NCBI GenBank assembly: GCA_963803805.1
Contig: CAWDOD010000004.1
Coordinates: 192,001 to 256,000, forward strand
Length of the DNA stretch: 64,000 nucleotides
Direction of reading: 5' to 3'
Source: an uncultured cyanobacterium
GTDB taxonomy: Bacteria > Cyanobacteriota > Cyanobacteriia > Cyanobacteriales > CAWCAG01
Of the stretch, positions 1 to 10,005 are shown piece by piece. Numbering within the stretch: the stretch's first letter is position 1; each line of letters starts with the position of its first letter. Under the pieces are notes generated by a model that was not told where the DNA came from, did no database searches, and saw only the letters and a program-made list of their open reading frames with translations. A program made the position numbers and the translations under genes.

Positions 1-1
1 C

Positions 2-979
2 CATTTATATATTCATGCCATAGAAGCTTCCCCTTACCCAGAAAAAGGAGAAGCCGCAGCAGACCATTTACGGAACTTGGTTCCCGGTGCAGGACATTTA
101 GTGCATATGCCAGGACATATTTACATCAACATCGGACGTTATCACGATACATCCTTAGTTAACCAAGACGCTGTTGCAGCAGACCAAGCTTACATTAGCC
201 AATGCCACGCTCAAGGTCTTTATCCCCTGGCTTATATGCCCCACAACCAACATTTTCTCTGGGCTAGTGCCACTATGGAAGGACGGAGTGAGTTGGCAAT
301 TCAAGCAGCCAGGGAAGTTGCAGGTAGTGTAGATACAGAGATGATGAAACAACCCGGTTATGGCATTCTACAACATTTTTATGCTATGCCCCTCTACGCC
401 TTAACTCAATTTGAGCAATGGGACGAAATTCTCCAAGAACCTCAACCGGAACCACAGCTTAAATATCTCCAAGGAGTTTGGCATTTCGCCCGTGGCATGG
501 CTTATTTAGGTAAAAATGATTTATCTCAAGGTGAGCAGGAATTAGTCACCTTAAAAGAGATTGCAGTAGATGAAGCTTTAAGGGAAGTAAATATCAATTT
601 TAATTCTGCTGTAGATTTAATTAATATTGCCTCTCAATTTTTAGGAGCAAGGTTGGCAACAAAATATGAAGATTATGACTCTGCGATCGCACAATTAAAA
701 AAAGCTCTAATCATAGAGGAGCAACTCCATTATGATGAGCCGACACCCTGGTATTCTCCTGTTCGTCAGTTTCTAGGTGCAGTATTGCTCAAAGCTAACC
801 GCCCCAAGGAAGCAGAGAATTTTTATCGCCAAGATTTAGCTAAGAATCGCGAAAATGGTTGGTCTTTGAAAGGTTTGGCCCAAAGTCTATCTGCCCAAGG
901 TAAATCTCAGGCAGCAAAGGCAGTGCAGCAGCGTTTTGAAAATGCTTGGAAGTATGCTGATGATAAGTTAAAGACTTGA
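2..979 (+). CDS. TPR-containing protein, 5'-truncated by the window edge
   Basis: Frame is open from position 2 (HLYIHAIEAS...PGAGHLVHMPGHIY); His-rich motif followed by TPR-like helices and ENGWSLKGL. Confidence 0.75.
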   Translation, partial: HLYIHAIEASPYPEKGEAAADHLRNLVPGAGHLVHMPGHIYINIGRYHDTSLVNQDAVAADQAYISQCHAQGLYPLAYMPHNQHFLWASATMEGRSELAIQAAREVAGSVDTEMMKQPGYGILQHFYAMPLYALTQFEQWDEILQEPQPEPQLKYLQGVWHFARGMAYLGKNDLSQGEQELVTLKEIAVDEALREVNINFNSAVDLINIASQFLGARLATKYEDYDSAIAQLKKALIIEEQLHYDEPTPWYSPVRQFLGAVLLKANRPKEAENFYRQDLAKNRENGWSLKGLAQSLSAQGKSQAAKAVQQRFENAWKYADDKLKT

Positions 980-1261
980 GACTCTTTTGCTCTTTAAATC
1001 TTAGTATCCATACCATTACTTTTTTGTTTTGGAGAGGTAAGATAAATAAATAAATTTGCTGTGAATGCTATAATTACGACTGCATGGTGATTACAGCTTG
1101 TTTAGAATAGCCACTAACAACTAACAATGCTCAGTTGAAAATGACAAGGAGAAAAATCCGAACCAAGTCAATCTGGTAATCCCTGATAGAAAGAACGATG
1201 ACGATTGTCCAAAATTATATTTAGCAAGTATTCATTTAATTAGGTGAGCGAACAGAAAGTC

Positions 1262-3241
1262 ATGACTGTATTAGAACAAGGCAATATTAGTATCCATACA
1301 GAGAATATCTTTCCCATCATTAAGAAATCTCTCTACACAGACCATGAAATTTTCTTACGGGAGTTAGTATCTAATAGTGTGGATGCCATCAAGAAGTTGA
1401 AGATGGTTTCCTTTGCTGGGGAAGTAGATGGAGAATTGCCTGAACCAGAAATTACTATTACCATTGATGCGGAAAAGAAGACTCTGGCTATTTCTGATAA
1501 TGGTATTGGGATGACGGCGGAGGAGGTTAAAAAATATATTAACCAAGTTGCCTTCTCTAGTGCGGAAGATTTTGTGCAACAATATCAAAAAGATGCTGAT
1601 CAGCAACTTATTGGTCATTTTGGTTTAGGTTTCTATTCTTCCTTTATGGTGGCTAAACAGGTAGAAATAGATACCCTTTCCCATCGTCCAGGTTCGGAAG
1701 CTATTCATTGGTCTTGTGATGGTTCTCCTGCTTTTGAAATCTCGGAATCTTCTCGTAGTGAACCAGGTACAACGGTTACTCTTACCCTTCACGATGAAGA
1801 AACTGAGTATGCTGAAGAAGCCCGTATTCGCAATTTAGTCAAAACCTATTGTGACTTCATGCCCGTACCCATTAAGTTGGGGGATGAGGTTATTAATAAA
1901 CAAAAGTCAATTTGGAAGGAATCTCCCCAAAACCTAACCAAGGAAGATTATCTAGAATTTTATCGCTATCTTTATCCTTTCCAGGAAGATCCTCTTCTCT
2001 GGGTGCATCTTAAAACTGATTATCCTTTCAATTTAACTGGTATTCTCTACTTCCCCAAGCTAAAAGCAGATGTAGATGTCAATAAGGGGCAGATTAAGCT
2101 ATTTTGTAACCAAGTTTTTGTTAGTGATAACTGTGAAGCGATTATTCCTGAATTTTTGCTACCTTTGCGGGGGGTAATTGATAGTCCGGATATTCCCCTT
2201 AATGTTTCCCGCAGTGCTTTAACCAATGATCGCACAGTGAGACGCATTACCAATTTTATCTCCAAGAAAATCGGCGATCGCCTCAAATCTCTTTACGATG
2301 AAGATTACAACGAGTATCTACGTTGTTGGCAGGATGTCGGTACATTCGTTAAGTTTGGGGCAATGCGGGATGAGAAGTTCAAAAAGCAAGTGGAAGATAT
2401 TATCATTTTCCGGACTACTCACCAACCAGAAGCAGTTACCGAAGAGAAGCCCAAGGTAGAAGTAGAAGTACAGTCTCAAGAAGGGGATGCCTGGGAAGAT
2501 GTTTCCAAAGATGAAAACAAGCCAAAAGAACCCTATACAACCCTAAAAGATTATTTAGAAAGGAACAAGGAAAGTCACGAAAATCGCCTTTACTATTGTA
2601 GTGATCCTGTTTCTCAAGCTACCTATGTAGACTTGTATAAAAATCAGGGTTTAGAAGTCTTGTTTATGGACTCTTTTATCGACAACAATTACTTCATTCC
2701 TTTCCTGGAAAAAGACTATCCTGATCTAAAATTCTCCCGCGTTGATGCGGAATTAGAGGATGTTTTAGTTGATAAAGATCAGGCTAATGAAATTGTTGAT
2801 CCTAACACTCAAAAAACTCGCAGCGAGGTGATTAAGGAGTTATTTGAGAAAGCACTCAATAATTCTCAAGTCACGATTCGTACCGAATCTCTTAAATCAG
2901 AAGATCCCCAAGGTACTCCTCCGGCGATGGTGATTTTACCTGAAGCAATGCGCCGCTTGCAGGAGATGACAGCTTTGATGCAGCAACAGGAAATCGCTTT
3001 CCCTATGCAACATACCTTAGTTGTTAATACTGCCCATCCTTTGATTCAAAACCTGGTTAATATGAGTCAGGGGGCAATCATTCAAGAGGGAGGACAATCC
3101 CCTTCAGGAGAGTTGGCAAATATGATGTGTCAGCACATTTACGATTTGGCTTTAATGGCACAAAAAGGCTTTGATGCAAATGGTATGAAGTCTTTTGTGG
3201 AAAGATCTAACCAGGTTTTAACCAAGCTAACGAATAAGTAA
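1262..3241 (+). CDS. htpG: Molecular chaperone HtpG (Hsp90)
   Basis: IFLRELVSNSVDA, DNGIGM and IGHFGLGFYSSF GHKL motifs; ATG at 1262 (MTVLEQG) preferred over GTG at 1244. Confidence 0.97.
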   Translation: MTVLEQGNISIHTENIFPIIKKSLYTDHEIFLRELVSNSVDAIKKLKMVSFAGEVDGELPEPEITITIDAEKKTLAISDNGIGMTAEEVKKYINQVAFSSAEDFVQQYQKDADQQLIGHFGLGFYSSFMVAKQVEIDTLSHRPGSEAIHWSCDGSPAFEISESSRSEPGTTVTLTLHDEETEYAEEARIRNLVKTYCDFMPVPIKLGDEVINKQKSIWKESPQNLTKEDYLEFYRYLYPFQEDPLLWVHLKTDYPFNLTGILYFPKLKADVDVNKGQIKLFCNQVFVSDNCEAIIPEFLLPLRGVIDSPDIPLNVSRSALTNDRTVRRITNFISKKIGDRLKSLYDEDYNEYLRCWQDVGTFVKFGAMRDEKFKKQVEDIIIFRTTHQPEAVTEEKPKVEVEVQSQEGDAWEDVSKDENKPKEPYTTLKDYLERNKESHENRLYYCSDPVSQATYVDLYKNQGLEVLFMDSFIDNNYFIPFLEKDYPDLKFSRVDAELEDVLVDKDQANEIVDPNTQKTRSEVIKELFEKALNNSQVTIRTESLKSEDPQGTPPAMVILPEAMRRLQEMTALMQQQEIAFPMQHTLVVNTAHPLIQNLVNMSQGAIIQEGGQSPSGELANMMCQHIYDLALMAQKGFDANGMKSFVERSNQVLTKLTNK

Positions 3242-3280
3242 TTGCTAATTGCTAATTGCTAATTGCTAATAGCTAATAAC
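3238..3280. repeat. STRR heptamer array (TAATTGC)n
   Basis: taattgc x4 plus degenerate taatagc/taataac, filling the htpG-lnt gap. Confidence 0.9.
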
Positions 3281-3281
3281 T

Positions 3282-4856
3282 GTGCGATCGCTACTTAAAC
3301 ACAAATATTTCCCCATCATCATCGCTTTATTAGGGGGCATCATGATGGGGTTAACTCCTGCCCCCGTAGAAGCCTATGGCTTAGCTTGGGTAGCCTTAAT
3401 CCCCCTGTGGCTAATTATTTCTACCTCCCCATCTCCCCATCTCCCCATCTCCCCAGCCCTAGCCTGGGGCTTCGGCTACCACGGCTTAGCTTTGTTTTGG
3501 ATCACTGGAGTACATCCTATGACTTGGCTAGGTGTACCTTGGTTAGCTAGTTTAGGAATCGCAATTTTTTGTTGGTTATTTATCACCATCTGGGGGGCAA
3601 TTCATGTCGCAACTTGGGCGGTAAGTTTAACTTTAGCTACTCGCTTCCTCAATAAAGGCAATCCCTTACTTTTTGTCATCACCAAAGTAATTATTGCTGC
3701 GGCTTTGTGGTGTGGTTTAGAAACTTTGTGGAGTTGGACACCTTTATGGTGGACTTCTTTATCTTATACTCAAAGCCCTCATAACCTAGCTATCTTACAA
3801 CTAAGCCAATTATCCGGCCCAGCAACAGTAACAGCAGCTATTGTTATAGTTAACGGTTTAATCGCCGAAGCCTTACTCTGGAAATCTACTCTCTCCCCAT
3901 CATCTCCCCATAAAGGGCTAATCGCTACAGCCATAGCCTTATTAATCACCTTCCATTTAATTGGTTGGCAAATGTATCAACGCCCTGTTGCCCAACCAGA
4001 AAACGCTGCTATTGAAGTGGGGATTATTCAAGGCAATATTCCCAATCCCATCAAACTTAATCCTGAAGGTTTACGCAGGGCATTTCAAGGTTATACCAAA
4101 GGTTATCAAACTCTTGTTGAAGAGGGGGCAGAAGTGATTTTAACCCCAGAAGGGGCTTTACCTTATAACTGGAATGTTCCCCCCCAGAAAATGCGTCCCC
4201 TACAAAAGGATTTTTATCAAGCTATCCTTGCAGAAAGAGTTCCCGTTTGGTTAGGAGGATTTCGTTACCAAGGCAAGAGTTATACCAACAGTCTCTTTAC
4301 CTTCACGGGGGAAGGAGAAATTTATAGTCATTACGACAAGGTTAACCTTGTCCCCTTGGGTGAATATGTTCCTTTTGAAAGTATTATTGGTGGGCTTGTG
4401 GAGAGACTTTCTCCTTTAGATGAACATCAAGTTCATGGACAACCGAAGCAAATATTTAATACCCCTTTTGGGCAAGCAATAGTAGGAATTTGCTACGATT
4501 CTACCTTTGCTAGACATTTCCGGTGGCAAACCGCCCAAGGAGGAGAATTTGCCCTCACCGCCTCTAACAACGCTCATTATAGCCCCACTATGCCTGCCCA
4601 ACACCATGCCCAAGATGTGATGCGGGCGATTGAAAGCGATCGCTGGATGGCAAGGGCAACAAATACAGGTTATTCCGGCATTGTTGATCCTAGAGGTAAC
4701 ACCCTGTGGCTATCGGGTATCAACACCTATGAGTTACACAAAGGAACTATTTACAAACGCCAAACCAAAACTCTATATGTGCGTTGGGGTGACTGGTTGA
4801 CGCTTGTTTTATTATTAGCTAGTAGCTTTTTATTAGCTAGTACTAAATTAATTTAA
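3282..4856 (+). CDS. lnt: Apolipoprotein N-acyltransferase
   Basis: Multi-TM N-terminus; nitrilase-fold motifs QGNI, PEGA, YDKVNLVPLGEYVP, ICYDS, RATNTGYS. Confidence 0.95.
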   Translation: MRSLLKHKYFPIIIALLGGIMMGLTPAPVEAYGLAWVALIPLWLIISTSPSPHLPISPALAWGFGYHGLALFWITGVHPMTWLGVPWLASLGIAIFCWLFITIWGAIHVATWAVSLTLATRFLNKGNPLLFVITKVIIAAALWCGLETLWSWTPLWWTSLSYTQSPHNLAILQLSQLSGPATVTAAIVIVNGLIAEALLWKSTLSPSSPHKGLIATAIALLITFHLIGWQMYQRPVAQPENAAIEVGIIQGNIPNPIKLNPEGLRRAFQGYTKGYQTLVEEGAEVILTPEGALPYNWNVPPQKMRPLQKDFYQAILAERVPVWLGGFRYQGKSYTNSLFTFTGEGEIYSHYDKVNLVPLGEYVPFESIIGGLVERLSPLDEHQVHGQPKQIFNTPFGQAIVGICYDSTFARHFRWQTAQGGEFALTASNNAHYSPTMPAQHHAQDVMRAIESDRWMARATNTGYSGIVDPRGNTLWLSGINTYELHKGTIYKRQTKTLYVRWGDWLTLVLLLASSFLLASTKLI

Positions 4857-4935
4857 TCGCCCGGAAGGTAAGATAAGATCCCATCGCTACCGCAGTTAGG
4901 GCGATCATAATTCCGAAGAAAGCAACTATTTCCAT
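4843..4935 (-). CDS. petL: Cytochrome b6f subunit PetL (30 aa, not in the ORF track)
   Basis: Hand translation MEIVAFFGIMIALTAVAMGSYLTFRAIKLI*: one TM helix with the PetL-type xRxIKLI end; GAGGA ribosome-binding site upstream. Confidence 0.85.
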   Translation of the reverse strand: MEIVAFFGIMIALTAVAMGSYLTFRAIKLI

Positions 4936-5225
4936 TGATTTTTATCCTCTATATTTTATCAAGATTAGAAATATTGTACTCCCTTAACTTGAAAGTTAAC
5001 CGCTTAACTATTCTTGTCTAGTTGGAGAAGCAGGGGAATTTGAGGGGATAATATTGTGGCGATCCCTAGTAAAAACATACCCCAAAATTAGCATAACTAA
5101 AGTCAAACTCACTGCTATTTCCAGCTTGGCATATAGAAGGGCGTTGAAAAAAACTATAATAAATACGCTCTAGTTGATGTGATTTATTAGCTACGGTAAG
5201 ACCGTTACAGAGGGTAATGATAAGT

Positions 5226-5256
5226 CAATGTGGCTTGATTAGGTTAAGCCACATTG
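5226..5256 (-). terminator. Hairpin downstream of clpP
   Basis: 11-bp perfect stem CAATGTGGCTT/AAGCCACATTG about 20 nt after the clpP stop. Confidence 0.6.
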
Positions 5257-5274
5257 CTACTAAAATTGTACTTC

Positions 5275-5874
5275 CTAATCTGGAGGATTAACCGCAGATG
5301 GGCGACGTTCAATCACCTGATCAATTAGCCCGTATTCTACAGATTCTTGGGGTGACATAAAGAAATCTCTTTCAGTATCCCGTTCAATCTTTTCTAAGGG
5401 CTGTCCTGTATGTTGAGCCAGATAATTGTTAAGCTGTTTTTTCAGGTATAAAATTTCCTTAGCCTGAATCTCAATATCCGTTGCCTGTCCGCGAGCGCCC
5501 CCTAATGGTTGATGAATCATAATGCGAGAATGGGGTAAGCTCATGCGCTTCCCTTTCGCCCCCGCACTAAGGAGGAAAGCCCCCATGCTAGCAGCCAATC
5601 CTAGACAGATAGTACAGACATCAGGACGAATTTGGTTCATGGCATCGAACATACCCATTCCTGCTGATACTGAACCCCCAGGAGAGTTGATATACAAGTA
5701 AATATCTTTATCAGGATCTTCAGCTTCGAGAAAGAGTAATTGAGCAACAACCAAGTTTGCTATTTCATCAGTTACCTGTTGCCCTAAAAAGACAATACGT
5801 TCTCTTAACAGTCTAGAGTAAATGTCGAAGGCGCGTTCACCACGACCAGAAGTTTCAATAACGGTAGGAATCAT
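5275..5874 (-). CDS. clpP: ATP-dependent Clp protease proteolytic subunit
   Basis: [24 protein letters not shown] (catalytic Ser), [13 protein letters not shown]. Confidence 0.98.
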   Translation of the reverse strand: MIPTVIETSGRGERAFDIYSRLLRERIVFLGQQVTDEIANLVVAQLLFLEAEDPDKDIYLYINSPGGSVSAGMGMFDAMNQIRPDVCTICLGLAASMGAFLLSAGAKGKRMSLPHSRIMIHQPLGGARGQATDIEIQAKEILYLKKQLNNYLAQHTGQPLEKIERDTERDFFMSPQESVEYGLIDQVIERRPSAVNPPD

Positions 5875-6004
5875 AAGGTGTGAGCTTGATTGTTACTTTT
5901 TTTGATTGTAGCTCTGTTAGTGATAACTCGCCTATGGGGGAAATCTACCCCTGGGGAGACGAGGTTAATAGTAGGGGATTCTTAAACTTAATTTGCTCCC
6001 TATT

Positions 6005-6589
6005 TTAAGAATGAACTCTCGGTTCTGGATGAAGATTAGTTAGTAAGTTACTTTCTGCGATCGCTAATTCTTCTAATCTTTTTCCTACTAAATCTCGTTC
6101 AAAATAAGTATCTGCCAAAACCCAATAAATTCCATAGTGACGGGCTTCTGAAGCGACTAAACCACGGTAAAATTCAGCTAAGTCTGGTTCAGGACAATGG
6201 GTAGCGAGTAAGTCTAATCTTTCATGGGAACGGGCTTCAATTAAGCAGGAAACGAGGAGAGAATCTAGTAATCGGTTTGGTTCTTTTTTACGAACTTGGG
6301 ATTTTAAGCCAGAACCATAGGGAGGGGCGTTTAAGGGCGCGAGAGGAACTCCCCGCTTTTCTAACCATTGATTAACCATCTCAAAATGTTCTAATTCTTC
6401 TTTGGCGATGGTGGTTAACTGTTTTACCAATTTAGCGTAGGCAGGATAGCGAAACATGAAGTTAATTGCTACGCTGGCGGCTTTACGTTCGCAATGAGAA
6501 TGATCTAAAAGGATTATATCTAAGTTATTAATAGCTTGTTCTACCCAAGCTTCGTTGGTAGGCTGCTTAAGAATTTTGATTTTTTCCAT
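6005..6589 (-). CDS. miaE: tRNA ms2i6A37 hydroxylase MiaE
   Basis: Di-iron motifs DHSHCERKAA, EELEHF, IEARSHER, SEARHY; C-terminal PRVHS. Confidence 0.93.
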   Translation of the reverse strand: MEKIKILKQPTNEAWVEQAINNLDIILLDHSHCERKAASVAINFMFRYPAYAKLVKQLTTIAKEELEHFEMVNQWLEKRGVPLAPLNAPPYGSGLKSQVRKKEPNRLLDSLLVSCLIEARSHERLDLLATHCPEPDLAEFYRGLVASEARHYGIYWVLADTYFERDLVGKRLEELAIAESNLLTNLHPEPRVHS

Positions 6590-6743
6590 ATTACTGCTTA
6601 TGAGGGCGTAAAGTTCTGACTAATAAATGTAGCTAATCTGCCATAAAAGAAACTTATATCTAGGCAGGGTTGTCATTTCCGAAACTTATGATTAAAGTAA
6701 ATATAGTTCCAATAGACGAGATTGAAATAATCCAGAATTCAAA

Positions 6744-7040
6744 ATGCTAATCTTCACTGAGAAAAACAACCGTCAGCCCTTAAACATACTTGAACCCATG
6801 CAAAGGAAGCTGGAAAACTTAGAAATAAACTCAGAACAACTAGCACGCAAAATTGTTAAACTTATTCCTTCTCAATGTCCCTTTGCCCGTGAAGTACGTT
6901 TGTTTAATCGAGTTCTATTTCGCATTCCGGCACTTTGTAAACTTAATCCTTTCTACGAACAATTAACGGCTTTACGATTTCGCGCTCTATGTTTTCTTGC
7001 TGACCAATGTGGTGAAGATGTTAGTATTTACTGTACATAG
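6744..7040 (+). CDS. Mo-dependent nitrogenase C-terminal domain family protein
   Basis: IPSQCPFAR...IPALCKLNPFYEQL..LRFRALCFLAD.CGEDV signature. Confidence 0.88.
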   Translation: MLIFTEKNNRQPLNILEPMQRKLENLEINSEQLARKIVKLIPSQCPFAREVRLFNRVLFRIPALCKLNPFYEQLTALRFRALCFLADQCGEDVSIYCT

Positions 7041-7087
7041 TAAAGTAGTTCTCTTTGCCATTTTCTTTCTGTAAATTAAATAGAGTT

Positions 7088-9961
7088 TTATGATCCAGAT
7101 GTACTTTTATTTTCAGTAGTGGATTTGCTTTGTTTTTGATTTTTGAACCCTAAATCAACAGCACTTATTTGACCATAAGGGAGAAAAGCAGCCCAGTAAT
7201 AGGGATGTTGCTCTAATAAAGATAATTGTACCTTTCGTAACGCCTCGCTGCGCCCTTGACCTTTTTCTAAACCTTGATAGTAATTCTGCAATAAATCCTG
7301 TTTGGCTTTAGCATCTCCTAGCCAAAGACTGAGGAGTTGACTTTCGCTTCCTGCTAAAACTAGAGAACGTAGTAATCCTGAAACAGATTCACCCCTAGTT
7401 AAATCTTCTTCTCCAGTTTGGGTTTGTGAAAGCACAACTAATTGGGTTCCTTCTAAGTTGAGTTGGGCAATTTCTGCGGCGGTTAGGATGGCTTCGGGTT
7501 GGTTGTTAGCCCCAGCTAAAGCAATGCCAGCTTGAAGAAGAGGGTTTTGTAAGGAATTATTAGTTATTACTGGGTTGTTAAGGAAGAAGCCGTGGGTGGC
7601 GAGATGGAGAAGGCTAGGATTTTGTATTGCTTCAAGATTCTCTTGACTAGCTTCACTCCCCATTAGTTGTTTTGCTTCTGGTAATAGGGGGGCGATCGCC
7701 TTAATTTCTTCGTTAGTTTTTGGTAAACTTGGAAAGAGAATTGGGGCAATTTCTCCATAGGTGGATAGAGGTTTTTCGGCTTCCTTTTCAGTTTTTTCTG
7801 TTAAAAGCGTTTCGGGTTTTCTTGATTGTTGAAAAGTCGGATTCCCTAATAATATTGCTTCATTTTGACTAGGGTTAGAGTTAGCCCAACCTAAAAGATC
7901 TCGCCCTGAAGTAAGGTAAGTAAATTCATAGTCTTTCACTAAGTAATTGTCTTTTTCATCTACTAAAGCAGCCAAGGGAACTAAGTTTATTTGTCCGTCG
8001 GGGGCAAGAAATACTTGACGAGTACTACCTAACAAAGGGCGGATCGGTTGCATCAGCTTTTTATCTAGTTTACGGCCGATAGTCTTAACTTGAGCAACAG
8101 AAAGTTCAGGATTTTGCAGGGCTTCTCGAAATTCAACTATGAGGTTATCAATCGTTGCCAAATCACCTAAACCCACCCATTTCGGTTCTCCAGTTTTGGG
8201 CAAAATATAGGCGATATAGCGGGGGGCTTTGAATCTTTTTCCTAAGTTTTCAACACGGGGATTATCAGGTTGATAAGCAATTATTTCTACTAAAGCGGTT
8301 TTTTCTGGTAGAGCTTTTTGTACTGCTTCGATAGTTACGTTTTGTCCTTGGCTATTGAATTGTGCTTCTAGGTTTTGAATCTGTTGCCGTAAACTATTTA
8401 TTTGTTGTTGGTATTGCTGAGGAGTAAGGTTATCAGAATTTTGAAACAGAAGGGCGGCTAGTTGAGAACGGAGATTGCTGAGTTTTTGGAAGCTTGTTTG
8501 ATTGGTATTTGCGGCTGTTGAATTTGCTGCTAAGGTATCAATTAATCTACCTTTACGACGGAGTATAGTTGTGAGGGCTAAACGAGTGGCTTCAGGGTTT
8601 TTAGGTGCTTCTTGAACATGGAGAGAAACTGTAGCATTAGTTTGATCTGTTAATGCTTCCTGATAGGCTTGTTTTTGCCCTTGGGAATTAGTAGCAAAAA
8701 TAAGGGAAAGATTATCTTCTGTGACTTGGTTACTTAAACTTTGCAATTCTAAGGCACGAGGAATTTCATTTTGGGCGCGATATAAACGGGCAAGGTTATT
8801 AACACTATTGGTAACTAAGGGGTGGTTTTCACCTAAGACTTTTTGCCAAATCGCTAAGGATTTTTCATAAAGTGGTCTTGCTTTATCATTTTCACCCTGT
8901 AAGTCATATAATTGGGCGAGATTGTTTAAACTAGTGCCTAAGTCGGGATGATTTTTACCTAATACCTTTTCCCGAATCGAGATAGCATTGAGATAAAGGT
9001 TTTCTGCTTGTTTGTATTTCTCTTGAGTTTTAGATAAATCCCCTAAATTATGGAGAATAGTAGCAGTAGTGGGATCTTGGCGAACATTCCTACTATCTTG
9101 AATGGCGATCGCCTGGTTATAAAGAGGTTCTGCTTGACTATAATTACCTTTTTCAAAGTATAATCGCCCTAGATTGTTAAGATCCAAAGCAACTTGGGGA
9201 TGATTTTTTCCTAAGCGTTTTTCGTCGCTACTCAAAACAAACTTATAAAGAGGTTCTGCTTCATCATATTGCTTTTTATCTTGATATAAACTAGCTAGGT
9301 TACTAACTGTAGTTGCCACATCAGGATGCTGTTGTCCTAGTTCTTTTTCTCTAATTTCAAAACTACGAGTATAAAGTTTTTCTGCTTCAGTATACTTTCC
9401 TTGATCATGATACAAAGCGGCAAGATTATTAAGGGTTAAAGCGACAACAAGATCGTCTTTTCCGTAAACTTGTTCTTCAATAGCCAGGGCGCGTTGATAA
9501 AGAGGTTCGGCTTTTTCATAATTTCCCCCATCATGATAAGTAGCTGCTAGGTTGTTGAGGGTTAACGCTATCTCTGGATCATTTTTAGTTAAGACTTTTT
9601 CTTGAATAGCCAGGGCTTGTTTCAAAGGTGCTTCAGCTTCTTTATATTTACCCAAAGCCCGAAACAATACCCCTAAATCATTTAAACTTGTCGCTACTTC
9701 GGGATCTTCTTTTCCTAATAAAGTAGCTTTAATTTCTAAAGCTTTCCTCGCCGGAGGAATACCTGCTGTATATTTTCCTTCTTGATAAAGTTTTTCTACT
9801 TCAGCAGCAAATTTATCAGCTTCTTCTAACAAGGCTAACTCTTCTGGGGTAATTATTTGTGGTGGGCTAGGAGGAGGATTTTGCCCTGTGGCTGGAACTT
9901 TCGTTACTATAGCTAGGGCAATTATTGTTAACCCCAAAATTAATTGATTACTGGTTTTCAT
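7088..9961 (-). CDS. Secreted TPR-CHAT domain protein (catalytic Cys apparently absent)
   Basis: Signal-peptide-like N-terminus, about 8-9 42-aa TPRs (HPxVAxxLNNLA), CHAT motifs APDG, HLATHGFF, HPYYWAAF. Confidence 0.92.
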   Translation of the reverse strand: MKTSNQLILGLTIIALAIVTKVPATGQNPPPSPPQIITPEELALLEEADKFAAEVEKLYQEGKYTAGIPPARKALEIKATLLGKEDPEVATSLNDLGVLFRALGKYKEAEAPLKQALAIQEKVLTKNDPEIALTLNNLAATYHDGGNYEKAEPLYQRALAIEEQVYGKDDLVVALTLNNLAALYHDQGKYTEAEKLYTRSFEIREKELGQQHPDVATTVSNLASLYQDKKQYDEAEPLYKFVLSSDEKRLGKNHPQVALDLNNLGRLYFEKGNYSQAEPLYNQAIAIQDSRNVRQDPTTATILHNLGDLSKTQEKYKQAENLYLNAISIREKVLGKNHPDLGTSLNNLAQLYDLQGENDKARPLYEKSLAIWQKVLGENHPLVTNSVNNLARLYRAQNEIPRALELQSLSNQVTEDNLSLIFATNSQGQKQAYQEALTDQTNATVSLHVQEAPKNPEATRLALTTILRRKGRLIDTLAANSTAANTNQTSFQKLSNLRSQLAALLFQNSDNLTPQQYQQQINSLRQQIQNLEAQFNSQGQNVTIEAVQKALPEKTALVEIIAYQPDNPRVENLGKRFKAPRYIAYILPKTGEPKWVGLGDLATIDNLIVEFREALQNPELSVAQVKTIGRKLDKKLMQPIRPLLGSTRQVFLAPDGQINLVPLAALVDEKDNYLVKDYEFTYLTSGRDLLGWANSNPSQNEAILLGNPTFQQSRKPETLLTEKTEKEAEKPLSTYGEIAPILFPSLPKTNEEIKAIAPLLPEAKQLMGSEASQENLEAIQNPSLLHLATHGFFLNNPVITNNSLQNPLLQAGIALAGANNQPEAILTAAEIAQLNLEGTQLVVLSQTQTGEEDLTRGESVSGLLRSLVLAGSESQLLSLWLGDAKAKQDLLQNYYQGLEKGQGRSEALRKVQLSLLEQHPYYWAAFLPYGQISAVDLGFKNQKQSKSTTENKSTSGS

Positions 9962-10005
9962 AATTTGATTGCTATTTTTTAAAAACTAATCTGTCACAAA
10001 GCGAT

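Noticed and set aside
1150..1190. CIRCE or K-box upstream of htpG
   Set aside because: No TTAGCACTC-N9-GAGTGCTAA; only a half match (CCGAAC) to a K-box
6744..7040. Evidence of nitrogen fixation from the 'Mo-dependent nitrogenase C-terminal' protein
   Set aside because: This small domain is common in non-diazotrophic cyanobacteria and no nif genes are in the window
7088..9961. Craspase-like or other defence-associated TPR-CHAT
   Set aside because: It has a signal peptide, lacks the catalytic Cys and has no Cas or other defence neighbours
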